A DNA stretch of 64,000 bases, from NCBI GenBank assembly GCA_963735035.1, contig CAVTJJ010000004.1:288001-352000 (forward strand), in the 5' to 3' direction. The notes beneath the pieces were generated by a model. That model searched no databases. It was not told the origin of the DNA and worked only from the letters and a program-made list of their open reading frames with translations. This DNA is from an uncultured candidate division Zixibacteria bacterium (GTDB lineage: Bacteria > Zixibacteria > MSB-5A5 > GN15 > FEB-12). Shown in pieces: positions 38,814 through 48,138 of this stretch. Position numbers and translations under genes: made by a program. Within the stretch, counting starts at the first letter, position 1. Every line of letters starts with the position of its first letter.

Positions 38814-39245
38814 TCAGCCCTTCGCTACTTGCAGGCGGCACCAGGCGTAGAGGGAGTCATACACCTCGAATTGGTGATGAAGGTTCTCGAGATCGTCGGG
38901 AAAGCGCAGGCTGTAACCGACGGCGATAGCTTCGAGTCCCACAGCCACGGAATCGGTGTCGAATTGGTCGGTATCGGCGGCGTGGACAATTTTCGCCAGA
39001 CGAAGAAGCGCCTTATCAGTCAGTTCGTATTTACGGATGATCGTCTCGAACGAACAGAGGCCGTCGTGATGTCCCAGCTCGACCCCGGGGGCGTCGAAAG
39101 GAATAGCGTCTTCTCGCCGGGCGACCGCATCCACCTGGGATTTAGGCACGAAGAGAAATTCAGCTTCGGAATCTATGAACCGGGTGATGAGCCAGGGGCA
39201 GGCGACGCGGTCAACGTGAACATGAGAGCGGGTGACCCATTTCAT
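38814..39245 (-). CDS. Chromate-resistance protein ChrB C-terminal-type domain
   Basis: WVTR..HVDRVACPWLITRFID, PFDAPGVE, CSFE, IVHAAD, YDSLY. Confidence 0.88.
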   Translation of the reverse strand: MKWVTRSHVHVDRVACPWLITRFIDSEAEFLFVPKSQVDAVARREDAIPFDAPGVELGHHDGLCSFETIIRKYELTDKALLRLAKIVHAADTDQFDTDSVAVGLEAIAVGYSLRFPDDLENLHHQFEVYDSLYAWCRLQVAKG

Positions 39246-39316
39246 GAGTGACTCCTGTGTGTATCGTCGTCAATTCAATCTAACCATGCTTCGACAGGCT
39301 CAGCATGACTTCGCAT

Positions 39317-40189
39317 TTACGCCCAATACAGCACCGCGAGCACCGTCAGTATCCATAGCGAGACCGTTATCAAAATCGGCTTGTCCGTTATCAATACTTG
39401 TGTCGGTGAACCGCCCTGCTCTTCTTTGTGGATCAGATACAGATACCGAAAGACACCGTACACCACGAACGGAATCGTCAGGAACAGATTCTCCGTCCCC
39501 AGCTTTTCCGACACCTCGGGCGAAAATGAATACAGCATGTACATCACCACCACCGAGGCGGTCGTCACGCCAATCAACTGATCGAGCAGATACGCCGAGT
39601 ACCGGCTCAAGATGCGACGGTGCGTGATGGCGTCGGCATCCAAGAAGACCAGTTCATGCCGCCGCTTGCCGAATGAAAGAAACAACGCCAGCAGGAGCGT
39701 GTTGATGAGCATCCACTTCGACGCGGGTACGTTGATCGCCAGCGCACCGGCGTAGGCGCGAAGCACAAAACTCAGGCCGACTGTCATGGCGTCGACGATA
39801 ACAATATTCTTAAGTACCGCTGAATAGAGCAGGTTGAGCGCGACGAATGCGACCGCGGCGACAAAGAATTTCCAGTTCATCCACCAGGCGCCGGCCAGTC
39901 CGACCAGGGCCAGGATCGCTCCAAAAACAATCGCTTGGGCCACACCTAAGCGACCTGAGGCTATTGGTCGGTCCTTCTTGAGCGGGTGGTTCCGGTCTTT
40001 GTCTCGGTCGAAGATGTCGTTGAAGGTGTAGACCGCCGACGAGAGCAGGCAGAACAGCGCGGCCGCCGCCAGGGCGAGTTCGAAATAACCCGGGCGCGTC
40101 GCGTCCCCGGCGAAAACAAGAGCCGCCATGACAACCGAGTTCTTCAGCCATTGTCCGGGGCGGGCAATTTTGATCAGGTCACGCCACAT
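39317..40189 (-). CDS. UbiA-family decaprenyl-phosphate phosphoribosyltransferase-like protein
   Basis: RPGQWLKN, NDIFDRDKDRNHPLKKDRPIASG, GKRRHE. Confidence 0.9.
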   Translation of the reverse strand: MWRDLIKIARPGQWLKNSVVMAALVFAGDATRPGYFELALAAAALFCLLSSAVYTFNDIFDRDKDRNHPLKKDRPIASGRLGVAQAIVFGAILALVGLAGAWWMNWKFFVAAVAFVALNLLYSAVLKNIVIVDAMTVGLSFVLRAYAGALAINVPASKWMLINTLLLALFLSFGKRRHELVFLDADAITHRRILSRYSAYLLDQLIGVTTASVVVMYMLYSFSPEVSEKLGTENLFLTIPFVVYGVFRYLYLIHKEEQGGSPTQVLITDKPILITVSLWILTVLAVLYWA

Positions 40190-40311
40190 AGATCAGACAC
40201 CCTTGGAAGAAGCCAGAGGTTTCGGTACACCCATGATGGGGGAAGATAACGGGATGGGGGGCTGGAAATCAATTCTTAAATGTCTAATCGACAGTGGGTT
40301 GCATTGGAGGA

Positions 40312-40598
40312 TCGGTCAAGACGGCAGGCACGGAGGCCTGCCGATCAAGAATGGGGCCTGCTTATTAAGAAGAAGGATTTCCATCACCTGTGATCGGCAG
40401 GGTTCCAACCCTGCCGGACCGTCCTTCGCGGCAGGCGCAGAGGCCCACTAACTTAATCGGCAGGGTTCCAGCCCTGTCGGAACGTCCTTCGCGGCAGGCA
40501 CGGAGGCCTGCCGATCAAGAATGGGCCTTCCGATCAAGAATGGGGCCTGCCGATCAAGAATGGGGCCTGCCGATCAAGAATGGGCCTTCCGATCAAGA
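40312..40598. repeat. REP-like cluster ending in a five-copy 19-20-bp tandem repeat (40505-40598)
   Basis: GGCCT(G/T)CCGATCAAGAATG(G) five times plus a copy near 40335; gatcggcagggttcca..cctgccgg also near 37384 and 52272. Confidence 0.85.
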
Positions 40599-40652
40599 GG
40601 CTTTCTGACCAAAAAGGTTTCTTTTTGCGCCGGTTTGGCTATTATTGCATCA

Positions 40653-41597
40653 ATGATACGCCGCAGACAACGCAAAGTACAAAAGGGGCACCTCGCCCTG
40701 GTGGTTAACAAGCAGGCCGCCAACTTCAGTGAACGAGCTATCGAAAAGCTTATCTCAGCCATCCGCAGCCAGGGGATGGCCTACACCGTCTATGAACCGG
40801 ACTCCGCCGCGGAACTGCTGAAGTCGGCCGAAGTAGCCGCCGGGCTTCGTCAAGCTACCCCTCAACATCCGCGTCCGTACGAACGAGGTGGACCGGTCAC
40901 CGGTCTGGTGGCGTGTGGCGGCGACGGGACTTTCAATCTCGTGGCACGGGCCGCGCTCAAAGCCGGTCTCCCGATAGGGATTTACCCCCAGGGAAAGATG
41001 AACAATCTGTCACAGGCGTTCTATGGCACCTCGGATCCGTCGTCCGCGATCAAGAATCTCCTTTCGGGGAAGGCTCGTGCGAGTGATGTCGCCCTGGCCG
41101 GTAACATCCCCTTCTTTGGATCGATCGGCCTCGGTTTCGCCCCGCAGCTTTTGCAGGAGCTCAAGGATCGATCTCTGCCGCGTCTGTCGCTCAGTTGGTC
41201 GCAACTGGGTTCCAGGACGGCCGCCGGCGTGGTGGTAGAGCGCACGATTGTCAAAGTAGACGCCTTTCGGTTCGAAATCCGCCCCATCATTCTCAATATC
41301 AATGTAGTGAGTCACAGTCTCGGCCTGCCGCTTACGCCGTCGTCGGTGCCGGATGACGGCCAGGTGGAGATGGTTTTCGACGCCGAGCAACCGCCGGGAA
41401 ACTTTTCCGGGTTCACGCGTCTAATCAAGAAGAGGAAGTACCTCTACGGTGACGCATTCCGTCTGTTTCGCGGACGGGAAATATCGATCGAGCCGGTGGC
41501 CGGACGGATGTTGTATCTCGACGGCGAATTGATCAAGCTGCCGACCGATCTGCTGGAAGTCAGGATTGAAAACGAAAAGCTACAAGTGTTGTGTTAG
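40653..41597 (+). CDS. Diacylglycerol/lipid kinase family protein
   Basis: VACGGDGTF, PQGKMNNL, DDGQVE, YLDGE; start reassigned to ATG 40653. Confidence 0.8.
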   Translation: MIRRRQRKVQKGHLALVVNKQAANFSERAIEKLISAIRSQGMAYTVYEPDSAAELLKSAEVAAGLRQATPQHPRPYERGGPVTGLVACGGDGTFNLVARAALKAGLPIGIYPQGKMNNLSQAFYGTSDPSSAIKNLLSGKARASDVALAGNIPFFGSIGLGFAPQLLQELKDRSLPRLSLSWSQLGSRTAAGVVVERTIVKVDAFRFEIRPIILNINVVSHSLGLPLTPSSVPDDGQVEMVFDAEQPPGNFSGFTRLIKKRKYLYGDAFRLFRGREISIEPVAGRMLYLDGELIKLPTDLLEVRIENEKLQVLC

Positions 41598-42210
41598 CGG
41601 CTACTGGCTGACCGCCGCGCTGCTTCTCACAGCCGCTTCGGCCTTCGCCCAGTCGGCGGCGGACTCTACCCATAAAGATACATTGACTGTCATAGCCAAA
41701 CCGGCTGAACCGGTTCGGGTCGATACCGTTCTGTTCATTCCGAAAGAGAGCGATGCCGCTGCGGCCGAGGTGGCCAACCCGGTCGATCTGGAAAAGCATC
41801 TGACTCAGCCGCCGACCCGGGCGCTGTTCAAGTCGATGTTGTTACCGGGGTGGGGGCAAGTGGGCAACCGACGGTATCTCAAAGCGGCGTTTTTCGCGGG
41901 GATAGAGGGCTGGATGTTCGTGAAGGCCATCGGCTTTAGCCGCGAAACGAGAGACGCGCGTACTCGCTACGATGCGGCCACCAGCTATGCGGACAGGGTG
42001 GTGGCATATCAGACTTATGACAGCAAGCGCAAGAGCCGGAACAAGTATGTCTGGTTCGGCGGATTTACCATCTTCATTTCGATGTTCGACGCCTATGTAG
42101 ACGCCCACCTGTCCGGCTCACCCGCCGACCATCGCAACGATAAGCTCTCGTTCGATGTGGGGCCATCGTCCAGCGGCGGGGCGCAGGCGTTGATCAATTA
42201 CAATTTCTAG
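41566..42210 (+). CDS. DUF5683-like exported/membrane protein
   Basis: Signal peptide, RALFKSMLLPGWGQ, DAYVDAHL. Confidence 0.75.
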   Translation: MKTKSYKCCVSGYWLTAALLLTAASAFAQSAADSTHKDTLTVIAKPAEPVRVDTVLFIPKESDAAAAEVANPVDLEKHLTQPPTRALFKSMLLPGWGQVGNRRYLKAAFFAGIEGWMFVKAIGFSRETRDARTRYDAATSYADRVVAYQTYDSKRKSRNKYVWFGGFTIFISMFDAYVDAHLSGSPADHRNDKLSFDVGPSSSGGAQALINYNF

Positions 42211-43652
42211 CTGTCGAGTACGAAATCCCGGATGTTGAGTCCGTAGTGGGTGGGATCGATCTGGCGCACGACCTTGCGGTTGGCATTCACCGGAAGTGAC
42301 AAATCCAGCCAGAGTGGTTCACCCAACAGACCGCTGCGGTCGCCGACAATCTTGACATAAGGTCGGAGCGGTTCCTTGTCGTTGTTGGTCAGGACCAGCG
42401 CGATTTCATCGGTGCTAAGCAGAATCAGACTGCCGGCCGGGTAGATGCCGATGATTTCATTGAAGAGCTTCAGCAGGAACGGATCGAATTTATTGGTCAT
42501 CTGGAACCGCATCTTCTTGAGCGCCTGATCGGCCGGCATCGCGGCTTTCATGTACACCCGTCCCGAAGCCAACGCGTCGAAACAGTCTACCACAGAAATG
42601 ATTCGCGAAAACAGGTTTGGCTCGCGGCGATTATGGTGAAGCATGGGGTAGCCGGTAAAGTCGCTGTTGATATGGTGTTCGAATGCGGCTCGTGCCGCCC
42701 GTGCGGCATAGACGTCTAATTTTAGCCCGCGAAGAATCGTCTTGCTGCCCAGAAGCGGGTGCCTCTGCATCTGGATCCAGTCGTTTTCGTCAAAAGCATC
42801 CGGCTTGCGGATTAGATCCTGAGGCAGCTTGACCTTGCCGACATCATGGAACAACCCGGCAAAACCCAGTTGTGACAGACGGGCCCGGTCCAATTCCATG
42901 CGTACGCCCATGGTGAGGGCATAGACCGTCACGTTGGTTGAATGAGCGAAAGTGTAATCGTCGAAATCGCGTATAGCCGTCAGCTCGATCATCGAATCCT
43001 GATCTCGACTGATATGGTCGATCAGGCTGTGGACGACCCGTTTGGTGCGAGCGGCATTGATCTCCTGACCATCGCGCATGCTGACCACTATATCCTGGAC
43101 CACCGACATCGCCTTGAAGAACGTGTTCCGGGCCATCGTGCGGAACTCCAAGCGCTTGTCATCGCCGTTTTCCGTTGGATCGTCCGATGACTCCTCCGCC
43201 GAGAGAAGACGAATCTGTGTCAAGCCGTGATCCGCGAGCCGGGCCGCGAGTCCGGTCAAGTCGGTATCCGACGGCCGCACTTCCGCCATGAACTTGAAGA
43301 AGCGGGCGGCTTCCGGCGGTTCTATATCCGCATCGATGCTAATCCCGCCAATACCGAGTTGTCGCCACTCTTCGACGACATCACCCGCGCCGGAGAGTCC
43401 CTGACCGTCGAATTTGATCATGGTCTGGTTGACGAAGAAATGCCCGGAGACATGCTTTATAGTTACTTCCGCCCGTTCACCCGCCACGATCCGGAAAATC
43501 TCCAGTAGACTGTGAAGTTGCTTCTTGAACACGTCGTTGGATTCGTCCACCAGACGCGCAGTCTTGCACAGGACGAAGAAAGCGTTCAGCAGTTTGATTT
43601 CATGCTGGCCCGCGACGGGACGATGAACAATTGGCTCAAACGGGCTATTCAT
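42207..43652 (-). CDS. HD-GYP domain protein (cyclic dinucleotide phosphodiesterase-like)
   Basis: YTFAHSTNV, HDVGK, EHH..GYP, VDCFDAL..RVY; start at ATG 43652 after GGAG. Confidence 0.88.
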   Translation of the reverse strand: MNSPFEPIVHRPVAGQHEIKLLNAFFVLCKTARLVDESNDVFKKQLHSLLEIFRIVAGERAEVTIKHVSGHFFVNQTMIKFDGQGLSGAGDVVEEWRQLGIGGISIDADIEPPEAARFFKFMAEVRPSDTDLTGLAARLADHGLTQIRLLSAEESSDDPTENGDDKRLEFRTMARNTFFKAMSVVQDIVVSMRDGQEINAARTKRVVHSLIDHISRDQDSMIELTAIRDFDDYTFAHSTNVTVYALTMGVRMELDRARLSQLGFAGLFHDVGKVKLPQDLIRKPDAFDENDWIQMQRHPLLGSKTILRGLKLDVYAARAARAAFEHHINSDFTGYPMLHHNRREPNLFSRIISVVDCFDALASGRVYMKAAMPADQALKKMRFQMTNKFDPFLLKLFNEIIGIYPAGSLILLSTDEIALVLTNNDKEPLRPYVKIVGDRSGLLGEPLWLDLSLPVNANRKVVRQIDPTHYGLNIRDFVLDS

Positions 43653-45534
43653 GGTCATCTCCGTAGATGAGTTCGCGTCGTTTTTGAAGCGCCGCGTGAG
43701 CCTGAGCTTTGAGGTCCGCCCGCCAGCTTCCTGAGAACTTGACCAGCACACGTTCGGCCTTTTCGCCGCGATTGTGAGCCAACGCCTCGAACGCGGCCTC
43801 GCGGTAGAACGTGGTGTTGCGGTCACCGAACAGATTGACTTTCTCCGCTAGCTCCACGAGGTAATCGACCGCCTCATCACCGCCCAGTCGAGAGTAGGCG
43901 ATCAGAACGTCGCGCTTATCGATAGGCGCGAGCCGGTCAAAACTATCACTGGCTAACAGCTCTGTGAGTGCATCGAATCCGGGCCGTCCGCGATATTTTT
44001 CGATAAGGCGCACCGCCGACTGTTGAATCTCGATTTCCTGATCATTGGCCAATTCGCGCAACATTTTGAGAGTATGGTCACCCGGACAGTCGGCCAGCGT
44101 CTTCACGAGGAGACGGCGTACCTCCAGATCACGATGACGCGCCACCCTGGACAGATGCTGCATGGCGTCGGCCGATCCGATCGTAGCCAGGATGCTGATG
44201 GACGCCGCCACGACCTCGCTGCGACGGTCGCTGAGTCCCTTGGCGATGATCGGAATTCGCTCCCGGCCGCGAAGCACCAGGTAGTCGCGGACAGCTTCGC
44301 GATGATGCGCATGTTGCAGTTCGCCGATCGACTCGGTGATAGCCATGAGGGCTTCCCAGTCGAAATTTTCCAGATAACGGCGCACTTCGAGGCTACCCAC
44401 TTCGTGATTTTCATTTAGGGTGTGGCAGAAGATCGCGAGGCGTTCGCGGGAACCGGCGGTTGTGCGCGCCTCTTTGAGCCTTTCGGCCCACATCGGACGA
44501 TTAGGTCGCAGTTGGTCCTGCAGCAAGGCGAAATGGCGCAACAGGTCGGAGGCATAAGTAAGTTTGCCGGCTTTCAGAAATTCGGTGACTATGCGCTCGC
44601 TGATGGTGACGGTCTCGAAGAAATCCGACATCTCCGCTTCCTGGTGGAGCATCTCTTTGACCAGGTCGCAGGTTGACTCGTATTCGGTGAACTTGGCGTC
44701 CTGGCAGACCAACTCGGCGACTCGTTTGGTTTCTTCTTCCGAAAGTTTGTACTCGTCGCTGAGGATCAGCTTGGTATCCAGGACACGCGGCCCCGCGACG
44801 GCATCAGCCAGACCCATAGCGTTGGTAGCGGCACTTACCTGAAGGGCCCGGTCAAGTTCTTCCTTCCCGGTCGAGAGCACTCCGGCTTTGGGAGACGGGT
44901 CGGCTGAGTCATCGGCTAAGAAGCCGACCTGTATACGGCTGGAAGTATCGCCGAAATGATTCTCGGAATCATCAAAGATGTCCTCGTAGTCTTGGTCGGA
45001 TTTGCCGACCACGAAGCCCCTGCCGAAACTGCCGCCGTGGTCGCGCACTTCCTGCACCTGTATCTGACCGTCATATTGACGAAGCTGAACGTCTTCGGCC
45101 GTTTCGTAACTGATGTTCTTCAGAGCCGCTTCCCAGAGACCGGCCACGAGGTCGCGCGTGCGGCGGTCCGCTCCCTGGTAATCTTTGAGGACGTCCAGGA
45201 GACGGTAGATGTCGTCGACTTCAAGGCCGTATTTGAACGTTAAGCGGTTGACCCCGGAGTCAAAGAACAGCCCCGCCAGGCTTTCTTCGCGGGATTTGTC
45301 GGTGAAGACCGATTCTTTGCCCAGATGAAGGCTGGTGGCTGTGAGAACAAAATCCAGTTCCCCGTAGCGCGAAACGATGTCAACGAGGCGTTCGGCAAAG
45401 GTCCGTCTGAGCGATTGGGGCAGGGGGTTGTTCTCGGGGTACATCGCGACAATCTTGATGACCTTGAGAAAATCTTTCAAGATGAGTCGAATGTCTTCGA
45501 GTTTTCGGTCCGATGTCGTTTTTTCAGCGCTCAT
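43645..45534 (-). CDS. HEAT-repeat protein
   Basis: N-terminal MYPENNP motif, acidic linker, C-terminal HEAT-like repeats; overlaps the HD-GYP gene. Confidence 0.75.
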   Translation of the reverse strand: MSAEKTTSDRKLEDIRLILKDFLKVIKIVAMYPENNPLPQSLRRTFAERLVDIVSRYGELDFVLTATSLHLGKESVFTDKSREESLAGLFFDSGVNRLTFKYGLEVDDIYRLLDVLKDYQGADRRTRDLVAGLWEAALKNISYETAEDVQLRQYDGQIQVQEVRDHGGSFGRGFVVGKSDQDYEDIFDDSENHFGDTSSRIQVGFLADDSADPSPKAGVLSTGKEELDRALQVSAATNAMGLADAVAGPRVLDTKLILSDEYKLSEEETKRVAELVCQDAKFTEYESTCDLVKEMLHQEAEMSDFFETVTISERIVTEFLKAGKLTYASDLLRHFALLQDQLRPNRPMWAERLKEARTTAGSRERLAIFCHTLNENHEVGSLEVRRYLENFDWEALMAITESIGELQHAHHREAVRDYLVLRGRERIPIIAKGLSDRRSEVVAASISILATIGSADAMQHLSRVARHRDLEVRRLLVKTLADCPGDHTLKMLRELANDQEIEIQQSAVRLIEKYRGRPGFDALTELLASDSFDRLAPIDKRDVLIAYSRLGGDEAVDYLVELAEKVNLFGDRNTTFYREAAFEALAHNRGEKAERVLVKFSGSWRADLKAQAHAALQKRRELIYGDDHE

Positions 45535-45730
45535 ATTACCCCGATTCTCCCATTATCGGCAGTTGAAGTCTCTCCCTTGAAGGAACCGTTCGTCAACTGT
45601 CCTAGCGGGAGTGATATGAGGGGGTGGGCGTTTCAGTGCGAACCGTTTCGTTCAGAACATCGTCCAATCTGACGACAAATAACTGGTAGACAATTGCTAA
45701 ATAGAAACGCGACTGATAAGGGGATCAATC

Positions 45731-47920
45731 ATGTTCCACCGCTTCGTGCCTAAATCCGTGATTCAGGTTCTTGTCCTGGGTCTGATACTAACCGCCGGCT
45801 TCTCGGCCCAAAGTATGGCGACCACCGATGACGAACTGACGGTCGATTACGTTAGCAGTACTCTCTGGAGATCGGTCAACGACGTAGCCGTTTCGACCGG
45901 TTATGCCTATTGCGCCATGGGCTACGGGCTAAAAGTGCTGGATTTGGGCGATCCGGCCAACCCGACCACAGCGGCGGACCTGCATCTGGTGGGTGAGCAG
46001 GCAGTAGGGATCGCGCTTGACGGCAACTATGCCTATGTAGCGGCCGGTTCACAGGGCTTGTATGTGATCGACATCACCGATCCGTTGAATCCGAGCGTCT
46101 CAGGGAATTATGATACCCCGGGGAATGCGGTGGCCGTGGCCGTTTCCGGCACCTATGCGTATATCGCCGACTCCGATTCCGGCCTTCAGGTGGTCGATAT
46201 CACCGATCCGTCCGCACCATCCGGTGTGGGAAGTCACGATTCCACGTTCGTATGTGATATGGTGGAAGTGTCCGGAAGTTACGCTTACGTGGGAGTCTCG
46301 CAGAACGGGAAAGTGCTCGTCTACGACGTATCCGATCCGTCCGCTCCGACAGTTGTGTCGGATTACACAGCTTTGAACGTCATTTCCGGTATGGCCGTGG
46401 CGAACAATACGCTGTTCGTTCTTGTTGCTTCCAACGGAACTCTCGATGTGGTCGATGTCACCGACCCGAATAATCCGACCTGGCTCAACGAGCACCTCTT
46501 GCTCTGGACCAGCGGTCATGATCTCGCGGTGGTTGGCGATTACGCCTATGTCACTTTCGACTATGAAGTGCTCACCGTGAACGTCAGTGCGCCTCTTTCC
46601 CTGAGCGAGGAGAACTACTTCACTTTGACCAACGGCGGCGGCCCGGTCGCAGTCGACGGCAACTATGGCTACTTCGGCGGGGTGGCCGACGGTCTCGAAG
46701 TAATCGACTTTACCGACATCGCTAACCCGGTTAGCGTGGGTGGGTACAACCAGACCGGTCGGGTCTTCAACGTGAATGTCAGTGGAAACTATGCCTACGT
46801 GGCCGATTTCCAGTCCGGGTTGCAGGTTGTAGACATTACAGATCCCAGCTCTCCGGAGGTCGTGGCGACTTTGGATACGTCCGGCTACGTGCGCCGAGTG
46901 ACGGTTGACGGCGATTACGCTTATCTGGCGATGTCTACTGATGGTGTTAGAGTAGTCGACATCTCCGACCCGCTCTCGCCGACGGTTGTGGCTGAGTACA
47001 ATACGACCGGATACGCTATTTCAGTGACCATCGACAGCATCTTTGCCTACATCGGTGATTCCAACGGCGGACTCACAATTCTCGACGTTACTGATCCCAC
47101 GACACCGACCTTTGTTGGCCAATACGATTCGACCGCCGGCATCTTTGGCGAAGTCGCGGTTGTCGGCAACTACGCTTACGTGACCGGTTACACCGTCGGC
47201 CTGTTCATCATCGATATCTCTGACCCGTCGACGCCGACTAAAGCGGCCTGCTACGACACTCCCGGCAACACCTACTCATTGGAAGTCTCGGGCAACTATC
47301 TGTACCTGGCCGACGGTACTTACGGGCTGAAGATACTTGACATCACGGATCCGGTCGCCCCGGTGCTGGTCGGTTCGTACGCAACCGACACTGAACTTTA
47401 TGATGTCAGGCTCTCCGGCGGCTATGCGTATCTGGCAGTTGACGATGGCGGACTTGTGGTGCTCAATCTGGCTGATCCGGTGTATCCGGTTCTCGCCGGA
47501 AGTATGGACACCTACGGCTACGCCTGCGAACTGTATGTTGTCGATACGCTCGTTTATATAGCCGACAATGAAGGCCTCGTGATCGCCGATGTATCGGCGT
47601 CACCGCAGGGAGTGGGCGACCCCGGCGCGACCGTGATTCCGGCTTCATACGAGCTTGCTCAAAACTACCCCAACCCGTTTAATCCGTCGACTACGATCAT
47701 ATTCGGCGTGCCTTCCCGGGCGGTCATCAGTCTGGAGGTCTTCAACGTGTTGGGTCAGAAAGTGCGGACACTGGTCCATCAAGCCCGGTCAGCCGGAACG
47801 TACCAAATCGACTGGAACGGTCTTGACGAAAACGGCAAGGCCGTGGCGACCGGAGTCTACTTCTACCGGATGCAGGCTAACGACCAGGTGGCCGTCAAGA
47901 AGATGATGTTGATGAAGTAA
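45731..47920 (+). CDS. Secreted LVIVD-repeat beta-propeller protein with FlgD/T9SS-type C-terminal domain
   Basis: Signal peptide, over ten YAY..GL.VVD.TDP repeats, QNYPNPFNPST..FNVLGQKV..WNG..GVYFYRM..KKMMLMK. Confidence 0.9.
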   Translation: MFHRFVPKSVIQVLVLGLILTAGFSAQSMATTDDELTVDYVSSTLWRSVNDVAVSTGYAYCAMGYGLKVLDLGDPANPTTAADLHLVGEQAVGIALDGNYAYVAAGSQGLYVIDITDPLNPSVSGNYDTPGNAVAVAVSGTYAYIADSDSGLQVVDITDPSAPSGVGSHDSTFVCDMVEVSGSYAYVGVSQNGKVLVYDVSDPSAPTVVSDYTALNVISGMAVANNTLFVLVASNGTLDVVDVTDPNNPTWLNEHLLLWTSGHDLAVVGDYAYVTFDYEVLTVNVSAPLSLSEENYFTLTNGGGPVAVDGNYGYFGGVADGLEVIDFTDIANPVSVGGYNQTGRVFNVNVSGNYAYVADFQSGLQVVDITDPSSPEVVATLDTSGYVRRVTVDGDYAYLAMSTDGVRVVDISDPLSPTVVAEYNTTGYAISVTIDSIFAYIGDSNGGLTILDVTDPTTPTFVGQYDSTAGIFGEVAVVGNYAYVTGYTVGLFIIDISDPSTPTKAACYDTPGNTYSLEVSGNYLYLADGTYGLKILDITDPVAPVLVGSYATDTELYDVRLSGGYAYLAVDDGGLVVLNLADPVYPVLAGSMDTYGYACELYVVDTLVYIADNEGLVIADVSASPQGVGDPGATVIPASYELAQNYPNPFNPSTTIIFGVPSRAVISLEVFNVLGQKVRTLVHQARSAGTYQIDWNGLDENGKAVATGVYFYRMQANDQVAVKKMMLMK

Positions 47921-47943
47921 ACTCAGTAGCTGAGTCAAATACG

Positions 47944-47981
47944 ACGGGACGGGCTTTGTAAGCCTGTCCCGTTTCTTGTTT
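47944..47981 (+). terminator. Rho-independent terminator
   Basis: acgggacgggc/gcctgtcccgt stem followed by T-rich tail. Confidence 0.7.
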
Positions 47982-48003
47982 ATGCGACTTGACGAAGCAA
48001 AGA

Positions 48004-48032
48004 TTGACAGGGGACGGTAGAGCCGTTATTCT
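48004..48032 (+). promoter_or_regulatory. Sigma70 promoter
   Basis: TTGACA-N17-TATTCT. Confidence 0.6.
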
Positions 48033-48138
48033 CACAACGTGGTACTGACCAAAGACAAGAAATTCACAGGGGACTGTTTCCGGTCCCTGGCGATAGCGAC
48101 AGAATCTGGCAGGCGACAAGTCGCTGCGGAACGGAATC

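Noticed and set aside
40505..40598. Possible CRISPR array
   Set aside because: Units are contiguous with no unique spacers, and there are no cas genes in the window
40521..40652. Repetitive N-terminal extension of the lipid kinase
   Set aside because: It is a translation of the tandem repeat; ATG 40653 is the more plausible start
45684..45698. Sigma54-like TGGTAGACAATTGC upstream of the LVIVD gene
   Set aside because: GG-to-GC spacing is 9 nt, not the required 10
48039..48138. Possible c-di-AMP (ydaO) riboswitch ahead of the APC permease
   Set aside because: Hairpins are present but I could not find the conserved motif; needs cmscan
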